Source of the DNA: Bacillus subtilis subsp. subtilis str. 168
GTDB taxonomy: Bacteria > Bacillota > Bacilli > Bacillales > Bacillaceae
Assembly (NCBI RefSeq): GCF_000009045.1
Contig: NC_000964.3
Location: 2,730,001 to 2,762,000 of the forward strand
Reading direction: 5' to 3'
Length of the DNA stretch: 32,000 bases
Shown here: piece by piece, positions 1 through 9,482 of the stretch
Position numbering within the stretch: position 1 is the first letter of the stretch
Layout of the letters: every line of letters starts with the position of its first letter
Made by a program: the position numbers and the translations under genes
Notes under the pieces: model-generated
Told to the model about the DNA's origin: nothing
Database searches by the model: none
Seen by the model: only the letters and a program-made list of their open reading frames with translations

Positions 1-226
1 ATAAGTTGATGAGAGCTAGTGCTGTGACTTCGATTCCAAGTTTTTTCTCATCAACAATAGTCGTAAACTTTTTAATTATACCTGCTTCTACTAGGTTCTT
101 TGTTCTTGCAAGGCAAGCTGATGGTGAAAGCCCAATTTTCTTAGATAAATTTAAATTTGATATTGAAGCATCTTCCTGCAAATCTCTTAAGATGGCCTTA
201 TCAGTTTCGTCAAGCATAATACCCAT
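1..226 (-). CDS. azlB: Lrp/AsnC-family transcriptional regulator, AzlB-like, N-terminal part only (runs off the window edge)
   Basis: Reverse-strand reading from ATG at 226 gives MGIMLDETDKAILRDLQEDASISNLNLSKKIGLSPSACLARTKNLVEAGIIKKFTTIVDEKKLGIEVTALALINL, a typical AsnC/Lrp helix-turn-helix start. Not in the ORF track because it is open at the edge. The listed + ORF 6..275 is antisense to it. Confidence 0.85.
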   Translation of the reverse strand, partial: MGIMLDETDKAILRDLQEDASISNLNLSKKIGLSPSACLARTKNLVEAGIIKKFTTIVDEKKLGIEVTALALINL

Positions 227-559
227 TTCACAACCCCCAATACAACTTAACAGAATTATATTTCATACAATTTAAATAATAACGAATTTTTATTCGTTAA
301 TCAAATATTATTTAAATTTAAATCCTTTTAAAGTATTATTCACAGAATAAAATTATCCTCGCGATTAACTCATAATGAAATTAACTTACATCAGAAAGAA
401 GTCATGGGAGAGTTATGTACTTGTGTGACTTGATACCAACATCATAAGAAACTTATCAGAAGCCAAAAAGTTATTGCGGTCTCACCGAAAATTGAATTTG
501 CGGTGCCCTATTGCCTTTTTCCGCGAACGAAAATTGTTAAAATTCGCAAAACAGAAAGT

Positions 560-835
560 CTACTCTATTATTATTTTAAATTCGTCCTTTAGTTCTTCTT
601 GAGCCTCTTGTATAACTTCTAATACATCGTCAGCGTATGAACCTAAAAATGTATTGCTGAACTCAAAATTTTTCAAGACTAAAGTGAGCGGCAAATCCAC
701 CCACCCTGTCAGGCAATCCCATAAAGCGTCTAAATTTCTCCCATAGTAGTCTGGGAAGTCTAGTTTATCTTTTAAATCATCATGTAAAACTTCTATATTT
801 TCAAAGTCTCTTCCATCTATTATTATTTTTCTCAT
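560..835 (-). CDS. yrdF: Barstar-family (ribonuclease inhibitor-like) protein
   Basis: 91 aa; IIIDGRDFENIEVLHDDLKDKLDFPDYYGRNLDALWDCLTG is the barstar signature region. Confidence 0.88.
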   Translation of the reverse strand: MRKIIIDGRDFENIEVLHDDLKDKLDFPDYYGRNLDALWDCLTGWVDLPLTLVLKNFEFSNTFLGSYADDVLEVIQEAQEELKDEFKIIIE

Positions 836-917
836 TAGAAACTATGCCCTCCATTATTTTATCTTAACAAACGTTTACTATGTAACAGCTGTTTGTCCAA
901 ATGAGGCTGAAAACAAA

Positions 918-953
918 TAAAAAACACCGATAGGATGAAACTATTGGTGTTTG
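918..953 (-). terminator. Rho-independent terminator downstream of cypA
   Basis: Minus strand AACACCAATAG-tttcatc-CTATCGGTGTT followed by a T-rich tract. Confidence 0.7.
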
Positions 954-1106
954 CAAGACATCTTCATACCCGGTAGGCATAAATAATGCTAAACTTTGTT
1001 TTTAAAAAGCTATCATATCAAATTTTTATGTTACAGCTTTTACTATCGTTTAATCTAATTGAGGAGTAAAACAAGATATGTTTGAAAATCACATATCCCC
1101 TAAAAA

Positions 1107-2339
1107 TTAAAAACTAATCGGCAGTTCTTCGAGTGCTCTCATCAGAAAATTCCCTTTCCATTTCATTTGTTTCTTTTCGCCTTTTAACTGTATATTTGGA
1201 CAGCGGCGTAATAAGGTGGAAATCGCAATCTTTGCTTCTAAGCGGGCTAGCTGTGCACCAAGACAAAAATGATTGCCATGGCCAAAAGCAATATGGCGGT
1301 TGTTCTTTCTTTCAATATCAAATATGTCGGCATTTGGAAATATCTTTTCATCACGGTTTGCTGATGCTAAAGAAATGATGATCACATCTTTCCGTTTAAT
1401 CTCCTGCCCATGCAGTATAAACGGTTCAGCCGTCCAGCGAATTGTCGTTAGCTCAACAGGGCTGTGAAACCGCAATGCTTCTTCTATGGCTGAATTCATC
1501 AAGTCCGGCTGCTGGCGGAGCTTTTCTAGTTGATCATGGTGACACATCAGAGCATATGTCATATTGGTGATTAAGTTTACGGTTGTTTCATGACCTGCAA
1601 CGATAAGCAGCATAATCATCGAGTACAATTCTTCTGTACTTAATTGTGTGCCTTCACTTTCCGCTTGAATTAATGCACTGATTAAATCTCCTGCAGGTTC
1701 TCTCCTTTTTTTGCGAACTAAGGATTCCAGATATTCAACAAACTCCCCTAACAAGTGGTCATTCTCCTGAAGTCTTTCAGGGGCATCTGAAAAATCAATA
1801 ATTGCTTGCGACCATACTCTGAATTTTTGACGATCTTCCAAGGGAATGCCGAGCATTTCACTTATCACGATAATCGGCAATGGAAACGCATAATCGTCTA
1901 CTAGGTTCATGAATTTGTTGGGCTGCACTTTATCCAATAAAGAATCTGCGATATGCTGGATTTTGTCTTCCAACTGCAAAATCATCCGATGCGTAAATGC
2001 TTTTTGAACAAGAGTTCGCAAGCGGTTGTGATCAGGGGGATCTGAATTAAGCATATGTTTTGTTAAAGTCTCTTCATTCTTCAATAGAGCAGGACGTTTT
2101 TCTTTTGCGGTAAATACATTTTCATAGTTTTTCTTTAATTTTTCATTCTTTAATAAATGTATTGCATCATCATATCTCGATATGAGCCAGCCTTTCCCCA
2201 GAGCTCCTAAAGATAATGGGTAGAGAGCCTGTGATTTTCGCAATTCTTTATAAAATTCATACGCTTCATCTTTAAATGCTCTCGAAGACAATTGACTTTC
2301 CGTCAAAATGGTTACACTCTTTTTTTCTTTTGAAGACAT
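1107..2339 (-). CDS. cypA: Cytochrome P450 (CYP107-like)
   Basis: 410 aa with I-helix AGHETT, ExxR-type region and heme-binding FGHGNHFCLGAQLARLE. Confidence 0.95.
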   Translation of the reverse strand: MSSKEKKSVTILTESQLSSRAFKDEAYEFYKELRKSQALYPLSLGALGKGWLISRYDDAIHLLKNEKLKKNYENVFTAKEKRPALLKNEETLTKHMLNSDPPDHNRLRTLVQKAFTHRMILQLEDKIQHIADSLLDKVQPNKFMNLVDDYAFPLPIIVISEMLGIPLEDRQKFRVWSQAIIDFSDAPERLQENDHLLGEFVEYLESLVRKKRREPAGDLISALIQAESEGTQLSTEELYSMIMLLIVAGHETTVNLITNMTYALMCHHDQLEKLRQQPDLMNSAIEEALRFHSPVELTTIRWTAEPFILHGQEIKRKDVIIISLASANRDEKIFPNADIFDIERKNNRHIAFGHGNHFCLGAQLARLEAKIAISTLLRRCPNIQLKGEKKQMKWKGNFLMRALEELPISF

Positions 2340-2388
2340 TCATTCGACCTCCATCTTTGAAAGGTTATGATAATCTTTAAATATAAAA

Positions 2389-2882
2389 TCAGGACGATTT
2401 GTAAAATGATCCATTGAGATCAGTATTCATGATAAGGGCCAAAATGCCGTCCCCGCATTTTGAAATAAAAGATATGAGACAGTCATTAATCATTTTGCTG
2501 CCTAAACTCTTTCCCTGATAAAATGGCGAAACTCCTAATACTTCTATGCCGGCTCTTTTAAGGATTTGGAAAATTTTTTAGCCCCATTTTGATTAATGTT
2601 ATCCCCCCTGCTGCTATATAATCGATCAAGTTTAATGTCGGGTTTATCACGATGTTTTAATAGAGCGGCAACAACCATTTCACCATTCTGAATGCCAACA
2701 AAAAAGAAATGCTTTTTAAAATATGCTCTTGTCAGTACTTTATGCATTTCAAAAATAAATGAATGATCTTTTTTTCGCGTTTTACGAGTAAATCCATAAA
2801 AGGATATTGATTGAAAGATTGATGGAATAGCTTTGCCACTTTGCTTACTTCATCTGCTCTTGCTTGTCGATAAAGAAACATT
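2389..2882 (-). pseudogene. Frameshifted acetyltransferase-like (GNAT-like) gene
   Basis: Minus-strand ATG at 2882 has a strong RBS (AGAGGAGGTGCATCA-ATG). The frame reads MFLYRQARADEVSKSG...MHKVLTRAYFKKHFFFVGIQNGEMVVAALL...KKFSKSLK and stops at 2544. A one-base shift restores RAGIEVLGVSPFYQGKSLGSKMINDCLISFISKCGDGILALIMNTDLNGSFYKSS* to 2389, with a G-x-G-x-K-type acetyl-CoA loop. Confidence 0.6.
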
Positions 2883-2921
2883 GATGCACCTCCTCTGAGC
2901 AGTAAAGCAGGAAATCGAATT

Positions 2922-2973
2922 AAAGCGCCCTTCCTATTGGAAAGGCGCCTGCCGTTTTACTGTGCCAAAATGT
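2922..2973 (-). terminator. Terminator-like hairpin downstream of yrdC, part of a repeated element
   Basis: Minus strand GCGCCTTTCCAATAGGAAGGGCGCTTTAATT; near-perfect stem with AATA loop. Confidence 0.6.
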
Positions 2974-2979
2974 TTTTCA

Positions 2980-3543
2980 TCAGTGAGTTTTTATAAAATC
3001 ATTTATTAATTGATCAGTTGTCAATATTGTGGCAAATTCATCATGCAATGTAGCTAGAGATATATTATGAATAGTCGCCGCATCATAATATGTATCATTT
3101 TGGTCTCTCATTCCGAAGGCTGCTGTTGCATCTGAAATCAGGTATGTATCAAACCCTAAATTACCACTCATTCTTGTGGTGGTTGATACACAGTGAGGCG
3201 TGGTTAAACCAGTTATGACTACAGTGGTTATTTCATTTAATTTTAAGAATTCTTCTAAATTCGTACCAATAAAGCTGCTATTTACTGTCTTGGTTATAAT
3301 GACTTCTTCATCCATAGGCTTAACTATTTCCTTTATTGCAAACCCTTCATTCTTTGGATGGAATAAAGAATGAGGTTTATCAGAAGTGTGTTGTATGTAT
3401 ATGACTGTCCATCCTTTTTCTCTCCATAATTCTAGTATTTTACTAATGTTTTCTTCCGCCTTTACGTTATTCCGTTCCCCCCATTTTTTATCATCGAAGG
3501 CTTTTTGTACATCCACAATGATTAAAGCTTTCTTTTCTTCCAC
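2980..3543 (-). CDS. yrdC: Isochorismatase/cysteine-hydrolase family protein
   Basis: 187 aa; ALIIVDVQKAF N-terminus, catalytic-type K/C positions, TNLEEFLKLNEITTVVITGLTTPHCVSTTTRMSGNLGFDTYLISDA. Confidence 0.9.
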   Translation of the reverse strand: MEEKKALIIVDVQKAFDDKKWGERNNVKAEENISKILELWREKGWTVIYIQHTSDKPHSLFHPKNEGFAIKEIVKPMDEEVIITKTVNSSFIGTNLEEFLKLNEITTVVITGLTTPHCVSTTTRMSGNLGFDTYLISDATAAFGMRDQNDTYYDAATIHNISLATLHDEFATILTTDQLINDFIKTH

Positions 3544-3771
3544 AAGATACCCTCCTACGTAGAATTTCTATTTATTACTACATTCTAAATACAAATTTTA
3601 CTTTTGTACAATTGTTTAATGATGAATTTCAAATGAGCGCCTTCTTTATTGGAAAATGCGTTCTATACTGCAACTGTGCCCAAGCCGTTAACCTTCAAAT
3701 CTAATCTGAGAATCACTGGCTCTACAGAGAATAATAAAAAACACTCTAATAACGAGTGCTGAAATGAAAAA

Positions 3772-4161
3772 CTATTGATTTAGAAGCCATTTGATACGCT
3801 CAGCTGAAATGATGTAGTGGAGTATTATAAGACATAAAAAGACAATACTAACTGGTTTTAAATAACTAAAATAAAGCGCTGCAACAGCCATTGCAAAGAT
3901 CAATAATTCAATAACTAACCTTGTTACTCCGTTTACAGCTATTACAGTTTGTCCGCTTCGACTAGGATCATGAGGTACTGCAAATACAGACCAGACAATC
4001 ATAACTGCAATAGGTAAAACCAAAGTTAAAACATATTTAAAATAACCATTAAAGCTTATCCAAGCATACACCCCTAAGGAGATTAGTGCAGCAATTTCAA
4101 GGGTGAATCTTAAAAGTAAATTAGTCTGATTCAGTTTTTCCAACTCCTCTATAAAAAACAC
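3772..4161 (-). CDS. yrdB: YrdB-like multi-helix membrane protein (DUF2568-type)
   Basis: Hydrophobic small protein with four predicted helices; VWSVFAVPHDPSRSG motif. True start may be internal to the ORF. Confidence 0.75.
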   Translation of the reverse strand: MFFIEELEKLNQTNLLLRFTLEIAALISLGVYAWISFNGYFKYVLTLVLPIAVMIVWSVFAVPHDPSRSGQTVIAVNGVTRLVIELLIFAMAVAALYFSYLKPVSIVFLCLIILHYIISAERIKWLLNQ

Positions 4162-4581
4162 CCCCGCAGGAGATGCTCTTTCTCTGCTTTATTTCAGCGT
4201 ATAAAAACTTTTCTGTTCTTCCTCTTTAGATTCTATTGTAGTTTTCGGCGAGATTACCTCTACTTTTGAAGAGATGATACCGACTGCTGCTGTTACCAAT
4301 GCTCCGATAATAGAACGATGATAAGTATAATGAAATATGACAACTTTTCCCCTCCTATTCAGTTAATTATCCAAATAATCAGGAAGTTGTCTACAATTTG
4401 CAGAATTTGTCGAACGAAGTAAAGATTATACCTGGGAGGCTTTACTCATTGTATGAATTACAGTAAATAAATTGCCTTCCCTTTTGAGAAGACGTTCCAA
4501 CTCAGCTAGACTCTTCCAATAGGCTTCCTTTTGGCGCAGCTGCTTTTATTCAAAAATTGAGCAACACCTGAATGTTTCATT

Positions 4582-4725
4582 GGAATTTCTGAACCATCGA
4601 TCGCTGCTGAATTTGTTGCAAATGCATACGTAGGAGTAGTCGAATGGTGGTTGAAAAATGAAATGCCTTCCCCACCTCGAGTGATGGCAGAAAAAGCGGG
4701 GGTTTTGTTAGAGAGGAATCTATAG
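4582..4725 (+). pseudogene. C-terminal remnant of a TetR-family regulator
   Basis: Frame GISEPSIAAEFVANAYVGVVEWWLKNEMPSPPRVMAEKAGVLLERNL* resembles the TetR C-terminal domain pattern (G-hhhWWLKNxMP-P). GAAAFIQKLSN just upstream is in a different frame. Confidence 0.6.
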
Positions 4726-4952
4726 ATATGTGTATCGAAGATTTGACAGCATTAAAAATTATACTTACATCGTTGGGAACAGGCCAACAATAAAGCGGAA
4801 GAACGTTGTCATTTGAAGTGGTTTGGAATAAAAATGATTCGAATATGTTCTTATCATTGTAAACGAACAAAAAAAGAACATGTTTTGAAAAAAGATTGAT
4901 CAAAACATCTTCTTATATGTTGTCATAGCGTAACTTTTTATAAAAAGGTTAA

Positions 4953-5474
4953 TTACATTTTCGGGGCTTCCAAACCAAATTTTGCCCATTCTTCTTTTGC
5001 TGGACCATAAATACCTGGAACAGTTAAACCTGCTTGTCTCATAAGAACAGTCATTTGTCCCCGATGGTGGTTTTGATGTTGAATTAAAAACATCAAAAGT
5101 GAACCGTTAGGCATTTGTTGTCCAATAAAGTTGATACGTTCTTGAAGTGTATGGTCAGTCCATTGGGTTTTTAATGCCTGTACAAATGCATTACTGGCTT
5201 GATGATAGCTGTCAGCTATAAACTGAGCAGAAGTTGGAACAGGATAATCTTCAGCTGGGGCTTGGAACGTTAAGTCTGTGTTTGAGGTAATGATGCCAAT
5301 GGCAGCAACAGTATGCCAAGCAATACGGCCTAGAGTCCAATTTTGTGAAGTTATTTCTTGTTTAAGTGATTCATCAGTCAGACTATTTAATAGTTTCTGT
5401 GTAGCATCTGCTTCGAACTCCCAAGATTTCAAAAAATGGTCTAAGGTTTGAAACACAAAAATCCTCCTTTTCAT
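4953..5474 (-). CDS. yrdA: DinB/YfiT-family putative metal-dependent protein
   Basis: 173 aa; conserved His-containing segments GRIAWHTVAAIG and FLIQHQNHHRGQMTVLMRQAGL. Confidence 0.88.
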   Translation of the reverse strand: MKRRIFVFQTLDHFLKSWEFEADATQKLLNSLTDESLKQEITSQNWTLGRIAWHTVAAIGIITSNTDLTFQAPAEDYPVPTSAQFIADSYHQASNAFVQALKTQWTDHTLQERINFIGQQMPNGSLLMFLIQHQNHHRGQMTVLMRQAGLTVPGIYGPAKEEWAKFGLEAPKM

Positions 5475-5681
5475 TCTTTTGTTTTTTCAATGTGCTTATA
5501 GGTTAATTATAATGCCTCCTTTCGTTAAAAAGAACAAAAATTTCGGACAAGAATAATCATAGTAAAATGCGTAGACATTCTTAAACGTAACGATTTACGC
5601 ATCTTTTTACAAACATCTGACTACTTGGTCTCCATTGTCAGCGAGAATCAAATATCATATGAAGACAATCCTATATTCTTA

Positions 5682-6536
5682 TCACTTTACTGAGCAATAA
5701 ATACCTTCCGTATACTTAGTAATACCTTCATCGTAATCAGGATACTTATATGCAAGACCTTCTGATACAGCTTTTGAATACTTTCTAAATAATGCATAGC
5801 AAGTAAATAAAGACTTCCACATTTCCTGATACCCATTCACAGAATATGTAGACATGAGTTCCTCCCATTCTTTATTTGAAAGGTACCGCTTCATAAATTT
5901 ATAGTTCTTCCCCATACTAAATGAATACCCTTTCTGAGATGCGATATGCCAGGCCATCATTCTCAATAAATTAGGACGTACAATTTCATTTAAATGGTCA
6001 ATGGCAAAAAGGATTTCATTTCTTGCTAGTCCTTTTACTACGTAAGTCGAAACCATCCAGAACTCATTACAGCAATCATCAAATTCCCTTGCAGTCGGCC
6101 TTTTTATCCAGTATTGGCGATCATTTGGGGTCACTTTATAGTTGATGAACGAATCCTTATCAAGCAATACCTTAACCAAACCATCGTTATTAGCAAAATA
6201 ATCTTCTGCTTCACGAATTGGAATAAGGGTTAGATCTAATTTGTTGCCATCCTCAAAAAGAATAATGTATGAAAACCAATTACCTAATTCGGGAGGAAAA
6301 AGCTCCATATCTTCTGGTTTTTGCATCATAATGCGCTTCCCAAAGATTTCGAGCCACTGATCATTTTCTTTAAAAGATTCTACATCAGTTACAAAATACG
6401 AGATGTCATAATCTTGGAAGTTGTCAGGAGGGATATTTCTGTTTGTACGTGACCCTTCCAAAGTGACCAATCGGATTCTCTCATCGTTCAAAGCAAAGTC
6501 CAAAAAAATGTCCATCATTTCCTGCTCACTTCGCAT
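5682..6536 (-). CDS. aadK: Aminoglycoside 6-adenylyltransferase
   Basis: 284 aa; MRSEQEMMDIFLDFALNDERIRLVTLEGSRTN...YDISYFV nucleotidyltransferase motif and ANT(6) C-terminus. Confidence 0.93.
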   Translation of the reverse strand: MRSEQEMMDIFLDFALNDERIRLVTLEGSRTNRNIPPDNFQDYDISYFVTDVESFKENDQWLEIFGKRIMMQKPEDMELFPPELGNWFSYIILFEDGNKLDLTLIPIREAEDYFANNDGLVKVLLDKDSFINYKVTPNDRQYWIKRPTAREFDDCCNEFWMVSTYVVKGLARNEILFAIDHLNEIVRPNLLRMMAWHIASQKGYSFSMGKNYKFMKRYLSNKEWEELMSTYSVNGYQEMWKSLFTCYALFRKYSKAVSEGLAYKYPDYDEGITKYTEGIYCSVK

Positions 6537-6914
6537 TACATGTTCCTCCGTTTCAGCCTTAATATCTAACTGTAAAACGTCTTATAGATTTTTTTACTCT
6601 TGAATGTGATGTATTCTTCTAAGCTTTATTTTACATGATGTTCTCCTATATATCATTCAATATTAAGATGCAAGACATCTCAAAATCAGATATCAACTAT
6701 GACGGACTACATGAATATTCAGTTTTTTGTAGAGCCGCCATGGGACGACACTATCTTTGACACACTTTAATCCCCCCTGCTTTATCGACATGTTAACTGG
6801 TATGAGAGATTGACAAAAAGAAGGAAAACGATATATTTAAGCGAATACGAGTTTTTGAGTAAATTTTAAAATGACACTTTTTTCAAAAATCATGTCTTAA
6901 CGGGAGGATTCGGT

Positions 6915-7958
6915 ATGAATGAATTTATGAAAAAGTTTTCTTTAACAAAACCGATTATTCAAGCTCCAATGGCTGGCGGTATTACAAAGCCCCGACTTGC
7001 ATCTGCAGTTTCGAATCAAGGTGCTCTTGGCAGCTTAGCATCGGGGTATCTTACGCCAGACCTCCTAGAACAACAAATAAAAGAAATATTTGAGCTGACA
7101 GACGCTCCTTTTCAAATTAATGTGTTTGTTCCGCTAGGTCTAGAGATGCCACCAAAAGATCAGATTAAAAAGTGGAAAGAAAACATACCGTTAGCTAATC
7201 AAGTAAATCAATTCACATCTGTACAAGAAGAGTGGGATGACTTCTATCAAAAAATTGATCTAATTTTAAAATACAAGGTTAAGGCTTGCTCATTCACTTT
7301 TGATCTGCCGCCTGAAGACGCAGTAAAGGAGCTAAAAACCGCTGGATGCTGTTTAATAGGAACCGCTTCAACAGTAGAAGAAGCATTGTTAATGGAAGAA
7401 CGGGGAATGGATATAGTAGTCCTTCAAGGAAGTGAAGCCGGTGGACATCGCGGAGCATTCTTACCTTCCAAAGGTGAATCTGCCGTAGGTTTAATGGCTC
7501 TGATTCCACAAGCAGCAGATGCACTGAGCGTACCTGTCATAGCTGCTGGGGGAATGATAGACCACAGAGGAGTAAAAGCAGCTTTAACCCTCGGAGCCCA
7601 AGGCGTTCAAATCGGTTCTGCCTTTTTAATTTGTCACGAGAGTAACGCACATCCAGTGCATAAACAGAAAATACTAGAAGCAAACGAAGCAGATACAAAG
7701 CTTACGACATTATTTTCAGGTAAAGAGGCCAGAGGAATCGTAAATAAATGGATGGAAGAAAATGAACAGTTTGAGACACAAACCCTTCCGTACCCTTATC
7801 AAAATACACTAACGAAGGCAATGAGACAGAAGGCTTCACTTCAAAATAACCATGATCAGATGTCTTTATGGGCAGGTCAAGGGATACGGTCATTGACTGA
7901 GGAAATTTCGGTTAAGCAGCTTTTAAATCAGCTTTGCCAAGAGGATATAAAAATATAG
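6915..7958 (+). CDS. yrpB: Nitronate monooxygenase / 2-nitropropane dioxygenase family flavoprotein
   Basis: 347 aa; PIIQAPMAGGITKPRLASAVSNQGALGSLA, VVLQGSEAGGHRG and IAAGGMIDHRGVKAALTLGAQGVQIGSAFL. Confidence 0.9.
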   Translation: MNEFMKKFSLTKPIIQAPMAGGITKPRLASAVSNQGALGSLASGYLTPDLLEQQIKEIFELTDAPFQINVFVPLGLEMPPKDQIKKWKENIPLANQVNQFTSVQEEWDDFYQKIDLILKYKVKACSFTFDLPPEDAVKELKTAGCCLIGTASTVEEALLMEERGMDIVVLQGSEAGGHRGAFLPSKGESAVGLMALIPQAADALSVPVIAAGGMIDHRGVKAALTLGAQGVQIGSAFLICHESNAHPVHKQKILEANEADTKLTTLFSGKEARGIVNKWMEENEQFETQTLPYPYQNTLTKAMRQKASLQNNHDQMSLWAGQGIRSLTEEISVKQLLNQLCQEDIKI

Positions 7959-7980
7959 GCGCACCTCATTGATAGAGCAA

Positions 7981-8015
7981 AAAGCAAACTTTGACAGGCA
8001 GTTTGCTTTTTTTTT
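7981..8015 (+). terminator. Rho-independent terminator of yrpB
   Basis: AAAGCAAACT-ttgacaggc-AGTTTGCTTTTTTTTT. Confidence 0.85.
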
Positions 8016-8307
8016 CGTAATTTCATCCACTGACTCTGGAAATCTAAATACTCCTACATTTTCAAAGCTAATTTGAATCGGGTTATCAATCATCACATTG
8101 ATACGATGCGATCTTGATAATTTCACCACAACCACAATACATTACCAACATTTCGATCTTATCTCCCCTTCTCAAGTTTTGCTCCCTATTCGAATAATCG
8201 ATAGCTCCCATATTAAATTTGAATAGTAAAATGGTTCTTTTTCGTTTGATTCAGATGATATAAAGTCATATGATAAAAAAAGAATGAGACAGAAAGCGTG
8301 AGAAGTG

Positions 8308-9105
8308 ATGAAAATAGGATTTTTTGATTCAGGAATTGGTGGCATGACTGTATTGTATGAGGCCATAAAAGTTCTTCCTTATGAAGATTACATTTTTTAT
8401 GCAGATACGTTAAACGTTCCATACGGTGAAAAATCAAAGGGTAAAGTTAAAGAATATATTTTCAATGCAGCTGAATTTCTGGCCAGTCAAAATATCAAAG
8501 CTCTTGTTATTGCGTGTAATACAGCTACTAGCATTGCGATAGAGGATCTTCGGAGAAACTTCGACTTTCCGATAATCGGAATCGAACCCGCTGTAAAGCC
8601 TGCTATAAATAAATGTACAGAGGAAAGAAAAAGAGTTCTGGTAGTTGCTACTAATTTGACGCTTAAAGAAGAGAAATTTCATAATCTAGTTAAAGAAATT
8701 GATCACCATGACCTTGTTGATTGCTTAGCTCTTCCAGGACTAGTTGAATTTGCTGAGAACTTTGATTTTAGTGAAGACAAAATCATTAAATATCTAAAGA
8801 ACGAACTATCTTCTTTTGATCTGAAACAATATGGAACGATTGTGTTAGGATGCACTCATTTTCCGTTTTTCAAAAACAGTTTTGAAAAACTGTTTGGGAT
8901 AAAAGTTGATATGATTTCAGGCAGTGTCGGTACTGCAAAACAGTTGAAAAAAGTTCTTGCAGATCGTAACCAGCTTGGTAAAGGATCGGGCTCAATCACC
9001 TTTTTCAATTCTGGCCATAAAATTGTGGACCAAGAAGTCATATCAAAGTACAAAAGATTGTTTGAAATATTAGATGAAACTCAAAGGAGTCATGTTGGAC
9101 ATTGA
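8308..9105 (+). CDS. racE2: Glutamate racemase (MurI/RacE family)
   Basis: MKIGFFDSGIGGMTVLYEA, ALVIACNTATS, GTIVLGCTHFP catalytic motifs. GTG at 8305 is an alternative start. Confidence 0.93.
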   Translation: MKIGFFDSGIGGMTVLYEAIKVLPYEDYIFYADTLNVPYGEKSKGKVKEYIFNAAEFLASQNIKALVIACNTATSIAIEDLRRNFDFPIIGIEPAVKPAINKCTEERKRVLVVATNLTLKEEKFHNLVKEIDHHDLVDCLALPGLVEFAENFDFSEDKIIKYLKNELSSFDLKQYGTIVLGCTHFPFFKNSFEKLFGIKVDMISGSVGTAKQLKKVLADRNQLGKGSGSITFFNSGHKIVDQEVISKYKRLFEILDETQRSHVGH

Positions 9106-9151
9106 ATGTAAATGAAAAAGACAATCTCCTGAAGAGAAACATGAACTAAGA

Positions 9152-9180
9152 AGCGGGCTTAAAAAGCCCACTTTTTTTCT
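9152..9180 (+). terminator. Terminator downstream of the racemase gene
   Basis: AGCGGGCTT-aaa-AAGCCCACTTTTTTT. Confidence 0.8.
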
Positions 9181-9482
9181 AACAAACAATTGAGTTATAC
9201 ACACATATCTGATTACAGTGTTTTCTCTCTTTCCCCTCTTATTTCTCCCCCCTCTCTATAGCTTTTCTATTTCAATAAAACACAAGTCTCGATTGAAAAG
9301 TTATCGTAACATTTACACTTCACAGGAGATTTTTCACGATTGCGAATCGACCGTTTGCCAGATGCACAAAGTCATAATGTGTAAATTCTGTATCTATGTG
9401 CATGTTTATTATGGAATTATTTTCATAATGTTTTATAATACAAGATGATAGCGTTTTCTAATTATAATGATAGGGGGAAATA

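Noticed and set aside
4577-4903. 108-aa minus-strand ORF
   Set aside because: Composition is not protein-like, and it is antisense to a recognisable TetR C-terminal remnant on the + strand.
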